Of a stretch of DNA of 44,508 nucleotides, positions 1-9,511 are shown piece after piece. How positions within the stretch are numbered: position 1 is the first letter of the stretch; every line of letters begins with the position of its first letter. A model generated the notes under the pieces. It did not search any database, was not told the DNA's origin, and worked only from the letters and a program-made list of their open reading frames with translations. This stretch comes from Candidatus Pelearchaeum sp. (GTDB taxonomy: Archaea; Thermoproteota; Nitrososphaeria_A; Caldarchaeales; Caldarchaeaceae). A program made the translations under genes and the position numbers. The stretch lies in the NCBI GenBank assembly GCA_015520425.1, contig WAQC01000068.1, forward strand, positions 1 through 44,508, in the 5' to 3' direction.

Positions 1-129
1 CTTGGGCTTGAAAGGCTAGCCATGGCTATCTACGGTGTTGAGGATATAAGAACCTTCAGCAGAAATGACCTTGGATGGCTTAGACGCACATCGCCACTAA
101 CACCATACCGCGCAGCAGGAAGAATATAG
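1..129 (+). CDS. pheS: Phenylalanine--tRNA ligase alpha subunit, C-terminal fragment (gene begins upstream of the window)
   Basis: Frame 1 reads LGLERLAMAIYGVEDIRTFSRNDLGWLRRTSPLTPYRAAGRI and stops at TAG 127-129. GLERLAM..YG..DIR matches the conserved C-terminal end of PheRS alpha. pheT follows 5 nt later. Confidence 0.75.
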   Translation, partial: LGLERLAMAIYGVEDIRTFSRNDLGWLRRTSPLTPYRAAGRI

Positions 130-134
130 GAAAG

Positions 135-1817
135 GTGAAAAACATGCCAGTAGTTAATATAAGACTTGAAAAGCTCTCAAAACTTGTAGGAAAAGAATTA
201 ACCGCTGAAGAAGCAGCGCAACACCTAGCATCAGTGGGCTTAGGAATAGAGGAAACAACAGAAAACGAGATAAAAGTTGAATACAATCCAAACAGGCCAG
301 ACTACTCCAGCATATACGGAATAGCCAGGACACTCAAGGGAATACTTGGGAAACAACGAGGCCTACCACGCTTCAGGCTAAGAAACCCAAAGATAATCGT
401 AAACGTAGACCCAAGTGTTGAAGACGTTAGACCATACATCGTTTGTGGTGTGATAAGAAACCTAAGCCTAACCGGAGAAGACCTTGAGGAGATAATAGCA
501 ATGCAAGAAGACCTTCACTGGATTCTGGGAAGAAACCGCAAGAAAGTCGCGATAGGTCTTCATAATCTAGACGTTCTAACCCCGCCTTTCGTATATAGGG
601 CTGTAAAGCCCGAAGAGTTACGATTTATTCCTCTTAAGAGTTCTACGAAAATGACGCCTAAACAAATTCTTGAAGAGCATGAGATAGGGAGGAAATACGC
701 GCACTTGCTAGAGGGATATGATAGGTATCCGATGATTTTAGATGCACGTGGAAACGTGTTATCTATGCCTCCCATAATAAATGCAAGTCTAACGGAATTA
801 ACTGCTGGCGTTAGAAATATATTCATAGACGTCACGGGGACTGACTGGGAAAAAATAAACCAAACGCTGAATATACTGATGGCTTCTATGATGGATGCTG
901 GAGGCTCTGGAGAAGCCGTGATAGTAAGATATTCACGGAAACGCTATCTTACTCCATTAATGAAAAACGAATCACTTATGCTAAAAAGCTCGCTGGTAAA
1001 TGAGCTTCTAGGATTAAACCTCTCAGACAAAACCATAATAGACCTCTTACGAATGATGAGGTTTGACGCCACGTCTTCTAGAAAGGGCATACTGAAAATC
1101 ACGGTCCCGCCATATAGAACCGATATAATGCACCCAGTAGACCTTGTGGAGGAAGTTGCTATAGCTTATGGATATTCGCGGATGGAGTTGGAGTTGCCTA
1201 AGGCTCAGATTTTCGGCTCTGTGAGGAGAACTACAATTGTTCAAGAGCTTATCCGCGAGATAATGATAGGTCTTGGCTTCACCGAGGTTCTTAACATTCT
1301 CCTGACGAATGAGGACGAGCAGTACAAGATGATGAACGTTAATGAGCATCCGCACATACGCGTTCTTAACCCAGCCACGCGAGAATACACCATGATGAGA
1401 ACATGGTTGATTCCCTCCCTTCTCCGCAACCTGGCGGACAATCAACAGCATCTTTACCCGCAGCGGCTTTTTGAGATTGGGGACGTAATAGTTCCAGACC
1501 ATACACGGCCAGAGAAGGCGCGGCGACGCTTGTCGCTGGCTGCTGTATCGTGTCATGCCGATGCCTCGTTCAGCGAGATGAAAGGAATAGCTGAAGAGCT
1601 GTTTAGGTTGCTCGGCCTTAATATAATCTTCACACCAACGGCACATCCATCATTCATAGACGGCCGCGTGGCTGAGCTACGCGCTAAAGACAGCCCAGTA
1701 GGGATAATGGGGGAGGTATCTCCATCTGTCTTAGAGTCATTCAACCTCCCCATGCCCACAACAGCGTTTGAGGTTGATGTGGAGCAAGCCTTACAATACC
1801 AGGCGGAGAAGGATTAA
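135..1817 (+). CDS. pheT: Phenylalanine--tRNA ligase beta subunit (archaeal type)
   Basis: 560-aa ORF with a GTG start. The N-terminal region (IRLEKLSKLVGKELTAEEAAQHL...EYNPNRPDYSSIYGIARTLKG) and overall length are typical of archaeal PheT. It lies immediately after pheS. Confidence 0.9.
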   Translation: MKNMPVVNIRLEKLSKLVGKELTAEEAAQHLASVGLGIEETTENEIKVEYNPNRPDYSSIYGIARTLKGILGKQRGLPRFRLRNPKIIVNVDPSVEDVRPYIVCGVIRNLSLTGEDLEEIIAMQEDLHWILGRNRKKVAIGLHNLDVLTPPFVYRAVKPEELRFIPLKSSTKMTPKQILEEHEIGRKYAHLLEGYDRYPMILDARGNVLSMPPIINASLTELTAGVRNIFIDVTGTDWEKINQTLNILMASMMDAGGSGEAVIVRYSRKRYLTPLMKNESLMLKSSLVNELLGLNLSDKTIIDLLRMMRFDATSSRKGILKITVPPYRTDIMHPVDLVEEVAIAYGYSRMELELPKAQIFGSVRRTTIVQELIREIMIGLGFTEVLNILLTNEDEQYKMMNVNEHPHIRVLNPATREYTMMRTWLIPSLLRNLADNQQHLYPQRLFEIGDVIVPDHTRPEKARRRLSLAAVSCHADASFSEMKGIAEELFRLLGLNIIFTPTAHPSFIDGRVAELRAKDSPVGIMGEVSPSVLESFNLPMPTTAFEVDVEQALQYQAEKD

Positions 1818-1840
1818 GAATAACTAGGAAGTAGATACAG

Positions 1841-1922
1841 GTGCCCCGCTACCCGCCTTAAGCTCCACCGAGACACGGTGCCCCACCCGTCAATGAGGGC
1901 GGAGTGTTGGTAGCGGGGTACA
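1841..1922 (+). ncRNA. Candidate structured sRNA, H/ACA-guide-like hairpin (function unproven)
   Basis: GC-rich island in the pheT-tyrS spacer. A perfect 10-bp stem pairs 1844-1853 (CCCCGCTACC) with 1909-1918 (GGTAGCGGGG), followed by T then ACA at 1920-1922. An upper stem pairs 1863-1869 with 1898-1904 (7 bp, one A-C mismatch), leaving an internal loop of 9 nt and 4 nt. GA (1870-71) and TGA (1894-96) could form a K-turn or K-loop. The distance from the upper-stem base to ACA is 15 nt. Confidence 0.3.
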
Positions 1923-1981
1923 TATCAACACTAACGTTGGAAAAGTTAAAAATTGTTCCTCATGCGCAATTTAGGTAAAAG

Positions 1982-3085
1982 GTGCTTAAGATGGACATAG
2001 AAACAAGGATGGAGCTGATACTGAGAGAGCCGACGGAGGAGGTCATAACCGTTGAAGAGCTACGCCAACTTCTAGAGACCGAATCCCATCCAGTAGCTTA
2101 TGACGGGTTTGAGCCCAGCGGACTGGCTCACATACCCTTCGGCGTACTTAGAGCAATAAAGCTCCGCGATATAATTGAAGCAGGCTGTAGATTTAAACTC
2201 CTGCTAGCAGATTGGCATGCAATGATAAACAATAAAATGGGCGGCGATTTGCAGAAGATTAGGCGTGTTGGCGAGTATTTTATAGAGGTGTGGAAAGCAT
2301 CTGGGATAGATGTTACTAAAGTTGAGATTGTGTGGGCGAACGATTTGGCCAGCGACCCCGATTACTGGCGGCTCGTAATACAGGTGGCACGTAACTCTAC
2401 GCTCAAGAGAATCCTAAGATGCCTGCCGATAATGGGGCGGCGCGAGGGAGAGATGCAGGAGGCGGCGCAGATAATATACCCAGCAATGCAGGTAGCGGAT
2501 ATCTTCAAACTGGAGGCAAAGATATGCCAGCTAGGTCTAGACCAGAGGAGGGCGAACATACTTGCGCGGGAGCTGGGGCCGAAGCTGGGGTATTGGAAAC
2601 CAGTTGCAGTGCATCACCACATGTTGATGGGGCTCTCAGGCCCTATAACCCCTGCTGGACTTGAGGATGAGAACGAGGAGCTTGATGTGGAGATTAGCTC
2701 AAAGATGAGCAAGAGCAAGCCCGAAACAAGCATCTTCGTCCATGACGACCTAGATACTATAAGGAGCAAGCTTATGTCGGCATATTGCCCACCTAAGCAG
2801 ACCGCAGGAAACCCAGTACTGGAGTACTGTAAATACGTTATATTCAGGATGAGTAAGATACTTGATGTTGATAGGCCAGCAAGATACGGCGGGCCGATAC
2901 AATACACTAGCTATAAAGAACTTGAGCGGGACTACATGGAAGGGAGACTACATCCCCTAGACCTTAAGAATGCTGTGGCCGAGGCGCTTTATAAGATACT
3001 TGAGCCTATACGGGAGCACTTTCAAAAAGACCCAAGAGCACGCGAGCTATACGAGTTTGTCAAATCTCAGGAAATAACCAGATAA
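1982..3085 (+). CDS. tyrS: Tyrosine--tRNA ligase (archaeal type)
   Basis: 367 aa. GFEPSGLAHIPFG (HIGH-like region), KMSKSKP (KMSKS loop), IYPAMQVADI and the C-terminal LHPLDLKNAVAEALYKILEPIREHF closely parallel M. jannaschii TyrRS. Confidence 0.92.
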   Translation: MLKMDIETRMELILREPTEEVITVEELRQLLETESHPVAYDGFEPSGLAHIPFGVLRAIKLRDIIEAGCRFKLLLADWHAMINNKMGGDLQKIRRVGEYFIEVWKASGIDVTKVEIVWANDLASDPDYWRLVIQVARNSTLKRILRCLPIMGRREGEMQEAAQIIYPAMQVADIFKLEAKICQLGLDQRRANILARELGPKLGYWKPVAVHHHMLMGLSGPITPAGLEDENEELDVEISSKMSKSKPETSIFVHDDLDTIRSKLMSAYCPPKQTAGNPVLEYCKYVIFRMSKILDVDRPARYGGPIQYTSYKELERDYMEGRLHPLDLKNAVAEALYKILEPIREHFQKDPRARELYEFVKSQEITR

Positions 3086-3269
3086 ATTTCTAAGGGCCAA
3101 GGGGTTTAAAACACATCCAACTAAAGTAATAAAGTATGCGCATTTACCTAGACTAATCACCATACAGCGATAACAAAACAATAATTAACCCCGAATAGAT
3201 TTAATAATCGTTGGGTAGAGGTAGTGTTTCTTTTGGAGTCAAAACATCTAGAACGAGTGGAACAGAATC

Positions 3270-5909
3270 ATGAACCAGGTAGTTGAAATTCCTAGGAAAG
3301 TAATTAAGAGGGACGGGCGCGTAGTTGACTTTGACCAGAGCCGTATACGCGAGGCTGTAAGGAAGGCTATGCTCTCTGTGGGCAAGGTTGACGAACAGAA
3401 GCTAGCTGAAGTAGTGAATTATGTGCTTAGGGTTTTGGCGGAAAAATATGGAACAGCTAAGATGCCTCATGTGGAGGATATACAGGATATAGTAGAGCTA
3501 GCCCTAACTAAGTTTGACCTCTATGAGGTCGCTAAGGCATATATCCTCTATCGTAAGGAGCGCGAGAGAATACGGGAAGAGAAGAAGCGTATTCTTGAGC
3601 GCGATTATGTGGATGAAGTGGATAAGAAGTTCTCAATTAATGCTCTCCGCTTAATGGCTTCACGTTATCTACTTCGCGACAACACGGGGAGACTGGTTGA
3701 AGGGCCTAAACAGCTTTTCCAAAGGGTGGCAGCGCTCATAGTAATCTCAGACATACTTTATGACCCGCGTATATTTGATAAGGATGGAAAACAGCCGAAG
3801 TGGGAGCTTGATAACTTCAGCCCAGTAGAGTATGAAGGTAAGTTGGGACTTGGAAGAATGGAAGACGGCTCCTACGAGGTTACGTGGAATAAGTATCATC
3901 TTGAACGTATGAGAAGCCTTTACGAATATCTAAATAACCAGGGGAAGATGCGCGTATCCTGGAGCCAGTTTCTGGAAAAGCTGAGGAGTGGGGAGTTTGA
4001 GGAGTATTATAAGAATTATAGGGAATACTACGAGCTAATGGTTGATAAGAAGTTCATGCCTAACAGCCCCACGCTCTTTAATGCTGGGGCTAGATTAGGG
4101 CAGTTGAGCGCCTGTTTTGTACTGCCTGTTGAGGATGATATGGAGAGTATTATGAAGTCTGCCCGCGATGCTGCGATGATATTCAAGTCAGGGGGAGGAA
4201 TCGGGATAAACTACTCTCCACTCAGGCCTGAGGGAGATACCGTTTTCTCAACATTCGGAGTAGCGTCAGGCCCCGTATCTTTCATGCGCATAATAGATGT
4301 GGTAACAGATGTTGTAAAACAAGGTGGAAAGAGACGCGGCGCCAACATGGGGATACTTGAGGTATGGCACCCAGATATAGAGAAGTTCGTAACCGCAAAA
4401 TCCAAGGAAGGCTTTCTAGAGAACTTTAACATCTCAGTACTCATAACACCAGATTTCTGGAGCTACTATCACGCAAATAAGTCGTATCCATTGATAAACC
4501 CGCGCGATAAGAGCGTATGGCGCACCATAGACCCGAAACACCTGTTTAGGGAAATTGCCGACATGGCTTGGAAGACAGCAGACCCTGGGGTATTATTCCT
4601 AGACAATATAAACCGCAGAAACCCGCTGAAGAAGATATACGGTGACATACGCTCCACCAACCCCTGCGGCGAACAGCCTTTATACCCATATGAGTCATGT
4701 AACCTAGGCTCAATCAACTTATACGCATTCGTCAAAAACGATGGTGGGAAGCTCTTTATTGATTGGAGCGAGCTGGAGAAGGCTGTAAAAACCGCCCTAC
4801 GTTTCCTTGATAATGTAATTGACGTGAATAACTATCCAATACGCGAGATTGATGAGATGACAAAGAAAACACGAAGAGTTGGTTTGGGGATAATGGGGTT
4901 GGCCGATTTGCTCTATGCCCTACGGATACCCTATAACAGCGAGGAAGGCTTTGCGTTGATGAGTAAGCTCATGGAGTTCATATCCTATCACGCTATGAAG
5001 GCTTCTGTAGAGATTGCTAAGGAGCGAGGGCCATTCCCCGACTATCATAAATCAGCATATGCGGAGGGCAAGCTACCCATAGAGGGCTACTATCACCGTG
5101 AGTGGTGGACTATGGATTGGGACTCTCTGGCCGAGGATATAAAGCGATACGGCATAAGGAACTCTCACACAACAACCGTAGCGCCTACAGGAAGTATATC
5201 CATGCTGGTTGATGTTTCATCAGGACTAGAGCCCCAGTTTGCCATAGTATTTGAGAAACGAGTTAGCGTCGGAACGTTCTACTACACCGACATTGAGTTT
5301 GAGCGTCAGATGAAGGAATTAGGACTTTACAAAGAGGCTCTACTAAAGAAGATATCCGATAACGGTGGCTCACTCCAAGGTATTGAAGAGATACCTGAGG
5401 AGATAAGAAGAGTATTCCTAGTTGCGTATGATGTTCCATGGTGGGACCATATACGCGCACAATACGAGATACAGAAGTGGGTTGATGCGTCTGTGAGTAA
5501 GACGATAAACATGCCAAGCTGGGTTACTGTTGATGATGTTATGAAAGCATATTTATTCGCATACAACCTAGGCCTTAAGGGCATCACGATATACCGCGAT
5601 TCATCCAAGAGCGCGCAAGTTCTTCTAACACCATCACAGAGGCTTAGCCACTATATAGCAATAACACCGAATAAAACCTTACAGATGATGGAGAAGCTCG
5701 GAATAAAGCCATCTATTGGTACCGAAGAGTTGGAACAAGAAACTGCTCAGAAAAAACAGATATCGCTGGTCACGTCTGTTGAGGGTCCGAGCGTCCTTGA
5801 AGATAAGCAAGATGATACTTGCCCATCTTGCCATGGTACGAATCTGGTCTATCAGGAAGGCTGTATCAAATGTCTTGATTGTGGATGGTCAAGTTGTGTA
5901 GTTGCTTAG
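3270..5909 (+). CDS. nrdJ: Ribonucleoside reductase, class II (adenosylcobalamin-dependent), with N-terminal ATP-cone and C-terminal zinc ribbon
   Basis: 879 aa. ATP-cone start (VIKRDGRVVDFDQSRIREAV), catalytic-core motifs (NSPTLFNAG, ACFVL, TNPCGEQPL, ESCNLGSINL) and a C-terminal CPSC...CIKCLDC. No intein-like interruption is evident. Confidence 0.9.
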   Translation: MNQVVEIPRKVIKRDGRVVDFDQSRIREAVRKAMLSVGKVDEQKLAEVVNYVLRVLAEKYGTAKMPHVEDIQDIVELALTKFDLYEVAKAYILYRKERERIREEKKRILERDYVDEVDKKFSINALRLMASRYLLRDNTGRLVEGPKQLFQRVAALIVISDILYDPRIFDKDGKQPKWELDNFSPVEYEGKLGLGRMEDGSYEVTWNKYHLERMRSLYEYLNNQGKMRVSWSQFLEKLRSGEFEEYYKNYREYYELMVDKKFMPNSPTLFNAGARLGQLSACFVLPVEDDMESIMKSARDAAMIFKSGGGIGINYSPLRPEGDTVFSTFGVASGPVSFMRIIDVVTDVVKQGGKRRGANMGILEVWHPDIEKFVTAKSKEGFLENFNISVLITPDFWSYYHANKSYPLINPRDKSVWRTIDPKHLFREIADMAWKTADPGVLFLDNINRRNPLKKIYGDIRSTNPCGEQPLYPYESCNLGSINLYAFVKNDGGKLFIDWSELEKAVKTALRFLDNVIDVNNYPIREIDEMTKKTRRVGLGIMGLADLLYALRIPYNSEEGFALMSKLMEFISYHAMKASVEIAKERGPFPDYHKSAYAEGKLPIEGYYHREWWTMDWDSLAEDIKRYGIRNSHTTTVAPTGSISMLVDVSSGLEPQFAIVFEKRVSVGTFYYTDIEFERQMKELGLYKEALLKKISDNGGSLQGIEEIPEEIRRVFLVAYDVPWWDHIRAQYEIQKWVDASVSKTINMPSWVTVDDVMKAYLFAYNLGLKGITIYRDSSKSAQVLLTPSQRLSHYIAITPNKTLQMMEKLGIKPSIGTEELEQETAQKKQISLVTSVEGPSVLEDKQDDTCPSCHGTNLVYQEGCIKCLDCGWSSCVVA

Positions 5910-6020
5910 AGCGGGAGTAGCGCTAATTCATATTTTAGGTTTTTGAGATTTAGTCCAGCTTCTCAAGGATTAATAATTAGCTTGCCTTTCTGGCCGACGA
6001 CTACTGGGTGGTGGAGCTGC

Positions 6021-7493
6021 ATGTCATTTGACTTTACACCGACGCTAAATACCTTGATTATATTAACCGTAATATCGCCCTTATTCACTTATGCTTCGCG
6101 GAGGACTGGAATCAAACTGCTTGCCGACGCATATGCTATAATGGCGTTTGCGGCAAGCCTCGTAATAGCTCTCACACAGTTTTCCGAGGTGGCTACCAAC
6201 GGGCCTATAATCAGAGTAGCTGGAGAAGACCCCCGAACATCTACGGTAATTTACGTGGACCAACTCGCTATGTATGTTGCGGGCATCTTCATATTCATAG
6301 GCCTGTTGGCATCAATCTTCTCGGTTGGGTATATTGAGGAGAGGAAGCCAGAGTATTATCCGCTTCTCCTGACGATGGTTACGGGAATGGTTGGAGTGGC
6401 GTTCGCAGGCGACCTCTTCCTACTCTTCATCTTCTGGGAAATGATGTCAATCTCATCATACTTGCTTGTGGCTTTCAGATATAGAAACTGGGAAGCCGTA
6501 GAAGCCTCTTTTAAATATCTAATCATCAGCGCTGCTGGTGCAGCTGCAATACTGTTTGCCATGTCCTTCCTCTACGGCATGGTGGGTACGCTCAACATAG
6601 CCATACTTGCCGAAACCCTTGCTACTGGCGTGGCTTCTGGAGAGTTCTGGAGCTACGTCATAATAGCCCTGCTAGTGGCAGGCTTCGGCGTTAATGCGGC
6701 CATGTTCCCATTCCACTCATGGCTTCCAGACGCGCACCCAGCAGCCCCAAGCCCTATAAGCGCTATGCTGTCAGGAGTCGTCATAAAAACAGGGATATAC
6801 GCGCTCTTCAGAATCATGACATTCGTATTCCCAGCAACATTGTTTGACTGGAGGATAGTTCTTGCCATCTTCGCCGTACTAACCATGACTGTTGGAAACC
6901 TTATGGCATTATTGCAAGAGGACATTAAGCGCCTCTTAGCGTTCAGCTCAATAGCCCACATAGGGTATATACTGCTCGCCCTCTCAATATTCAGCGTGGG
7001 CGGCCTAGCTGGGGGGCTCCTGCATATATTAAACCACGCCAGCATGAAGGCCCTTCTCTTCCTCGCCGCGGGGGCTTTTATTCACGCCGCAGCCACGCGG
7101 AACATAGATGAGCTAGCTGGAATCGGTAGGACGATGCCCATCTCAGCGGTGGCATTCGCAGTAGGAGCATTCTCACTAGCTGGCATACCAGGCCTAAACA
7201 CATTCTGGAGCGAAGCCCAGATAATAATAGCTGGAATAGAAGCAGGATTCACATTATTCGTTGTGATAATGATAATTAACATATTGATAAGCGTCGCCTA
7301 CTACCTGCGGCTTGTTCAGACAATCTTCTTTAAACCACCATCTGAGAAAGCTATGAAGGCTCATGATGGAAGCGCCAGCATGGTAGCACCACTAATATTC
7401 CTCTCAATACTCGCAATAGTAATCGGAGTTTATCCAACACCATTCTTTGAAACAGTTTTCAACATAGCCCAAACACTCCTAGCCAGCCCTTAA
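6021..7493 (+). CDS. nuoN: NADH-quinone oxidoreductase subunit N-like / Mrp antiporter-like membrane subunit (stand-alone)
   Basis: Polytopic membrane protein with the NuoL/M/N proton-pumping family signature region (FFLLFIFWEMMSISSYLLV, FPFHSWLPDAHPAAPSPISAMLSGV, KRLLAFSSIAHIGY). The track ORF starts at 5943, but the ATG at 6021 (MSFDFTP...) is the more plausible start. Confidence 0.7.
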   Translation: MSFDFTPTLNTLIILTVISPLFTYASRRTGIKLLADAYAIMAFAASLVIALTQFSEVATNGPIIRVAGEDPRTSTVIYVDQLAMYVAGIFIFIGLLASIFSVGYIEERKPEYYPLLLTMVTGMVGVAFAGDLFLLFIFWEMMSISSYLLVAFRYRNWEAVEASFKYLIISAAGAAAILFAMSFLYGMVGTLNIAILAETLATGVASGEFWSYVIIALLVAGFGVNAAMFPFHSWLPDAHPAAPSPISAMLSGVVIKTGIYALFRIMTFVFPATLFDWRIVLAIFAVLTMTVGNLMALLQEDIKRLLAFSSIAHIGYILLALSIFSVGGLAGGLLHILNHASMKALLFLAAGAFIHAAATRNIDELAGIGRTMPISAVAFAVGAFSLAGIPGLNTFWSEAQIIIAGIEAGFTLFVVIMIINILISVAYYLRLVQTIFFKPPSEKAMKAHDGSASMVAPLIFLSILAIVIGVYPTPFFETVFNIAQTLLASP

Positions 7494-7553
7494 AATTATC
7501 TCTCACATTTTTAAGATACTTCCACCAACATACAATAGACTAGGTGATACATA

Positions 7554-8678
7554 TTGCCGCGGCAAACAAAGAAGAAGGAACAGGAAGATGGTAAAAAACA
7601 ATACTCAGTACTGAAGGTACGTGAGGAAATAGTTGGAAAGCTCAGGAAATTGGGAGAACGAGTACTCTCGTATCTGGAGCGTGGCGAATTCCCAGAGATA
7701 GAGCTCCCTTCACGAACCACAACAAACATAGAATACAATAGCGAATTAAGACAATACGTGCTTGGGTCAAAGACAGTAACGCGCACTACACGTAACATAA
7801 AGCATCTAAGACCATTTACCCAGCTTATGTGGATGGCCATGTTCGCAAAGCAGCTTGTTGAAACGAGGAAAACCAGCACTCTCAGAGATGCGTTTTATAA
7901 CGCTATAGGTTTTGGAATAGATTTTGAAGATCAGCAAGAAAGTGACGAAACGGTAACCGAGCTGGAGACTCTAGTAGGAACTGTGAGGGAAGACTTCAAC
8001 ATATATCCAGAAGAACGTTCAAGCGTATTTGGAAGGCTAGTTATAGAATATACCGTCCCAGGATATGAGGGTAGGCGCCTTGACCTAACGACAATACCTG
8101 ACGGCGCCATGATCGGGCCTGCCATGACTACTGCCGAGTTTGTTAGGTGTGATGCCGAGCAGGTATTTGTCGTTGAGAAGGGCGCTGTCTATCAGAGATT
8201 CTTAGAAGAGAACGTAAGCGATAGACATAAGGCTATTATAATTCACACGGCTGGTCAGGCTCCTAGAGCTACGCGTAGATTCATTAGAAGACTTAACCAA
8301 GAGCTCAACCTTCCCGTCTATATCTTCACTGATGGCGACCCATGGGGTATGCATATTGCGAGTGTATTAATTTATGGCTCGGCGTTGGCGGCTCACGTGA
8401 GAGAGCTGAACGTGCCCGACGCCATATGGGCGGGACTGTGGGCAAGCGACATCAGCAAATACAAACTACCAGCTATGCGGTTTAATGACGAAGACGCGAG
8501 GAGGATAGTTGAGTTGGAGCGCGACCCGCGGTATGTCTCCGACCCATGGAAGAGGGAGATAGCTGTCTTCAAGAAAATCCAGAGGAAGGCCGAGCTTGAG
8601 GCCCTAAGCCGCTATGGGCTAGAATACATAGTCACAGACTACTTGCCAGAAAAGCTGGCTGAGGTGACAAAGAGATAA
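7554..8678 (+). CDS. top6A: DNA topoisomerase VI subunit A (Spo11 homologue)
   Basis: 374 aa. Catalytic-tyrosine region TLRDAFYNA and Toprim region YIFTDGDPWGMHIA. Non-ATG start. A TATA-like TTTTAAGA lies about 40 nt upstream. Confidence 0.9.
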   Translation: MPRQTKKKEQEDGKKQYSVLKVREEIVGKLRKLGERVLSYLERGEFPEIELPSRTTTNIEYNSELRQYVLGSKTVTRTTRNIKHLRPFTQLMWMAMFAKQLVETRKTSTLRDAFYNAIGFGIDFEDQQESDETVTELETLVGTVREDFNIYPEERSSVFGRLVIEYTVPGYEGRRLDLTTIPDGAMIGPAMTTAEFVRCDAEQVFVVEKGAVYQRFLEENVSDRHKAIIIHTAGQAPRATRRFIRRLNQELNLPVYIFTDGDPWGMHIASVLIYGSALAAHVRELNVPDAIWAGLWASDISKYKLPAMRFNDEDARRIVELERDPRYVSDPWKREIAVFKKIQRKAELEALSRYGLEYIVTDYLPEKLAEVTKR

Positions 8679-8722
8679 CTGTAAGCATTGAGAGGAAAAT
8701 ATACAGAGAGGCGGGCTCTTAA

Positions 8723-9508
8723 TTGCTAAGGCTCATAGAAGGCGTTCCCGCGGTAACCCTTGACAAACCTAAACGAACATTAGTAGTCTCGGATCTTCAC
8801 TTGGGTTTTGAGGAGGAATTACTGGCTCAGGGAATTAAGGTTCCCCCACAAAGCTGGAGAATAATACAAAACATAGTGCAGCTCGTTAAAAGAGTGGATG
8901 CGAGCCGTCTAATAATACTAGGTGATGTGAAACATCAGTTCAAAGGCCCTTCTAGGCTTGAATGGAGGATGCTTCCACGCCTTTTTGACCAGCTTTGTAC
9001 AGTAGTTAAAGAGATTATGATACTCCCTGGAAACCACGATGGTGGAATAAAGAAAATATTGGGTGATAAGGTCGTTTTTTTACCCACACGGGGCTATTTC
9101 GTAAAAGAAGAAAAAGTCGGGCTGGTTCATGGGCATGTGTGGCCCTCTAAGCAGCTTCTTGACGCTGAGATAATAATTGCAGGGCATTTACATCCGTTTA
9201 TAGCTTTTCACGAAGAGGCTGGAACTGTTAAAAGGCGTGTCTGGCTTAGGATGCGGGGCAGTAAAGCCGCGTTGGCTGAGAAGATACTCAAGAAACCAGT
9301 AAAAAAATACCGTGGAGAGATTACGTTGCTCATAATGCCCAGCTTTAATGACTTACTCTCAGGAACTACGGTAACGAATATTGAGGAGATAAGCAGAGGC
9401 CACGGCCCCCTCCTCAGGTCTGGCATCTTCAACTTAGCCAGGGCCGAGGTTATAACAATTGATGGAGCTAATCTTGGTTATTTGGCATCGCTTGAGCTGG
9501 AGGCCTAA
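8723..9508 (+). CDS. Metallophosphoesterase, ICC/COG1407-like (probable nuclease-type MPE)
   Basis: 261 aa with the calcineurin-like motif series VSDLHLG (DxH), ILGDVKH (GD), PGNHD (GNHD), VHGH and AGHLHP (GH.H). Same strand as top6A, 44 nt downstream. Confidence 0.75.
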   Translation: MLRLIEGVPAVTLDKPKRTLVVSDLHLGFEEELLAQGIKVPPQSWRIIQNIVQLVKRVDASRLIILGDVKHQFKGPSRLEWRMLPRLFDQLCTVVKEIMILPGNHDGGIKKILGDKVVFLPTRGYFVKEEKVGLVHGHVWPSKQLLDAEIIIAGHLHPFIAFHEEAGTVKRRVWLRMRGSKAALAEKILKKPVKKYRGEITLLIMPSFNDLLSGTTVTNIEEISRGHGPLLRSGIFNLARAEVITIDGANLGYLASLELEA

Positions 9509-9511
9509 GGT

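Noticed and set aside
1052-1094. C/D-box-like motifs (AATGATGA ... CTGA) inside pheT. Similar ATGATGA strings occur near 5531 and 20476.
   Set aside because: They lie inside conserved coding sequence. No matching C'/D' boxes or terminal stem are present, and the C-to-D spacing is too short or the D box is absent. Chance occurrence is the likeliest explanation.
1047-1646. 199-aa antisense ORF inside pheT. The same pattern occurs at 35102-35674, 25929-26462, 17567-18031, 22541-23002, 41413-41787 and 6653-7045.
   Set aside because: Each lies entirely opposite a strongly recognisable conserved gene. The translations are low-complexity or Ser/Arg/Pro-rich with no motifs. They are typical shadow ORFs of moderately GC-rich coding sequence.
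1841-1921. tRNA or tRNA fragment in the pheT-tyrS spacer.
   Set aside because: The terminal stem is 10-13 bp rather than 7. There is no T-loop (GTTCRANNC) and no D-arm pattern, so it does not fold as a cloverleaf.
3270-5909. Possible intein in the class II RNR, as found in some archaeal RNRs.
   Set aside because: The 879-aa sequence reads as continuous RNR. No Cys/Ser-initiated splicing block and no HN-C/S/T junction motif interrupts the catalytic core.
5943-6020. N-terminal 26-codon extension of the NuoN-like ORF given in the track.
   Set aside because: The extension (RFSPASQGLIISLPFWPTTTGWWSC) starts at a non-ATG codon and precedes a good ATG (6021) that opens directly into the first TM helix. 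It is probably untranslated.
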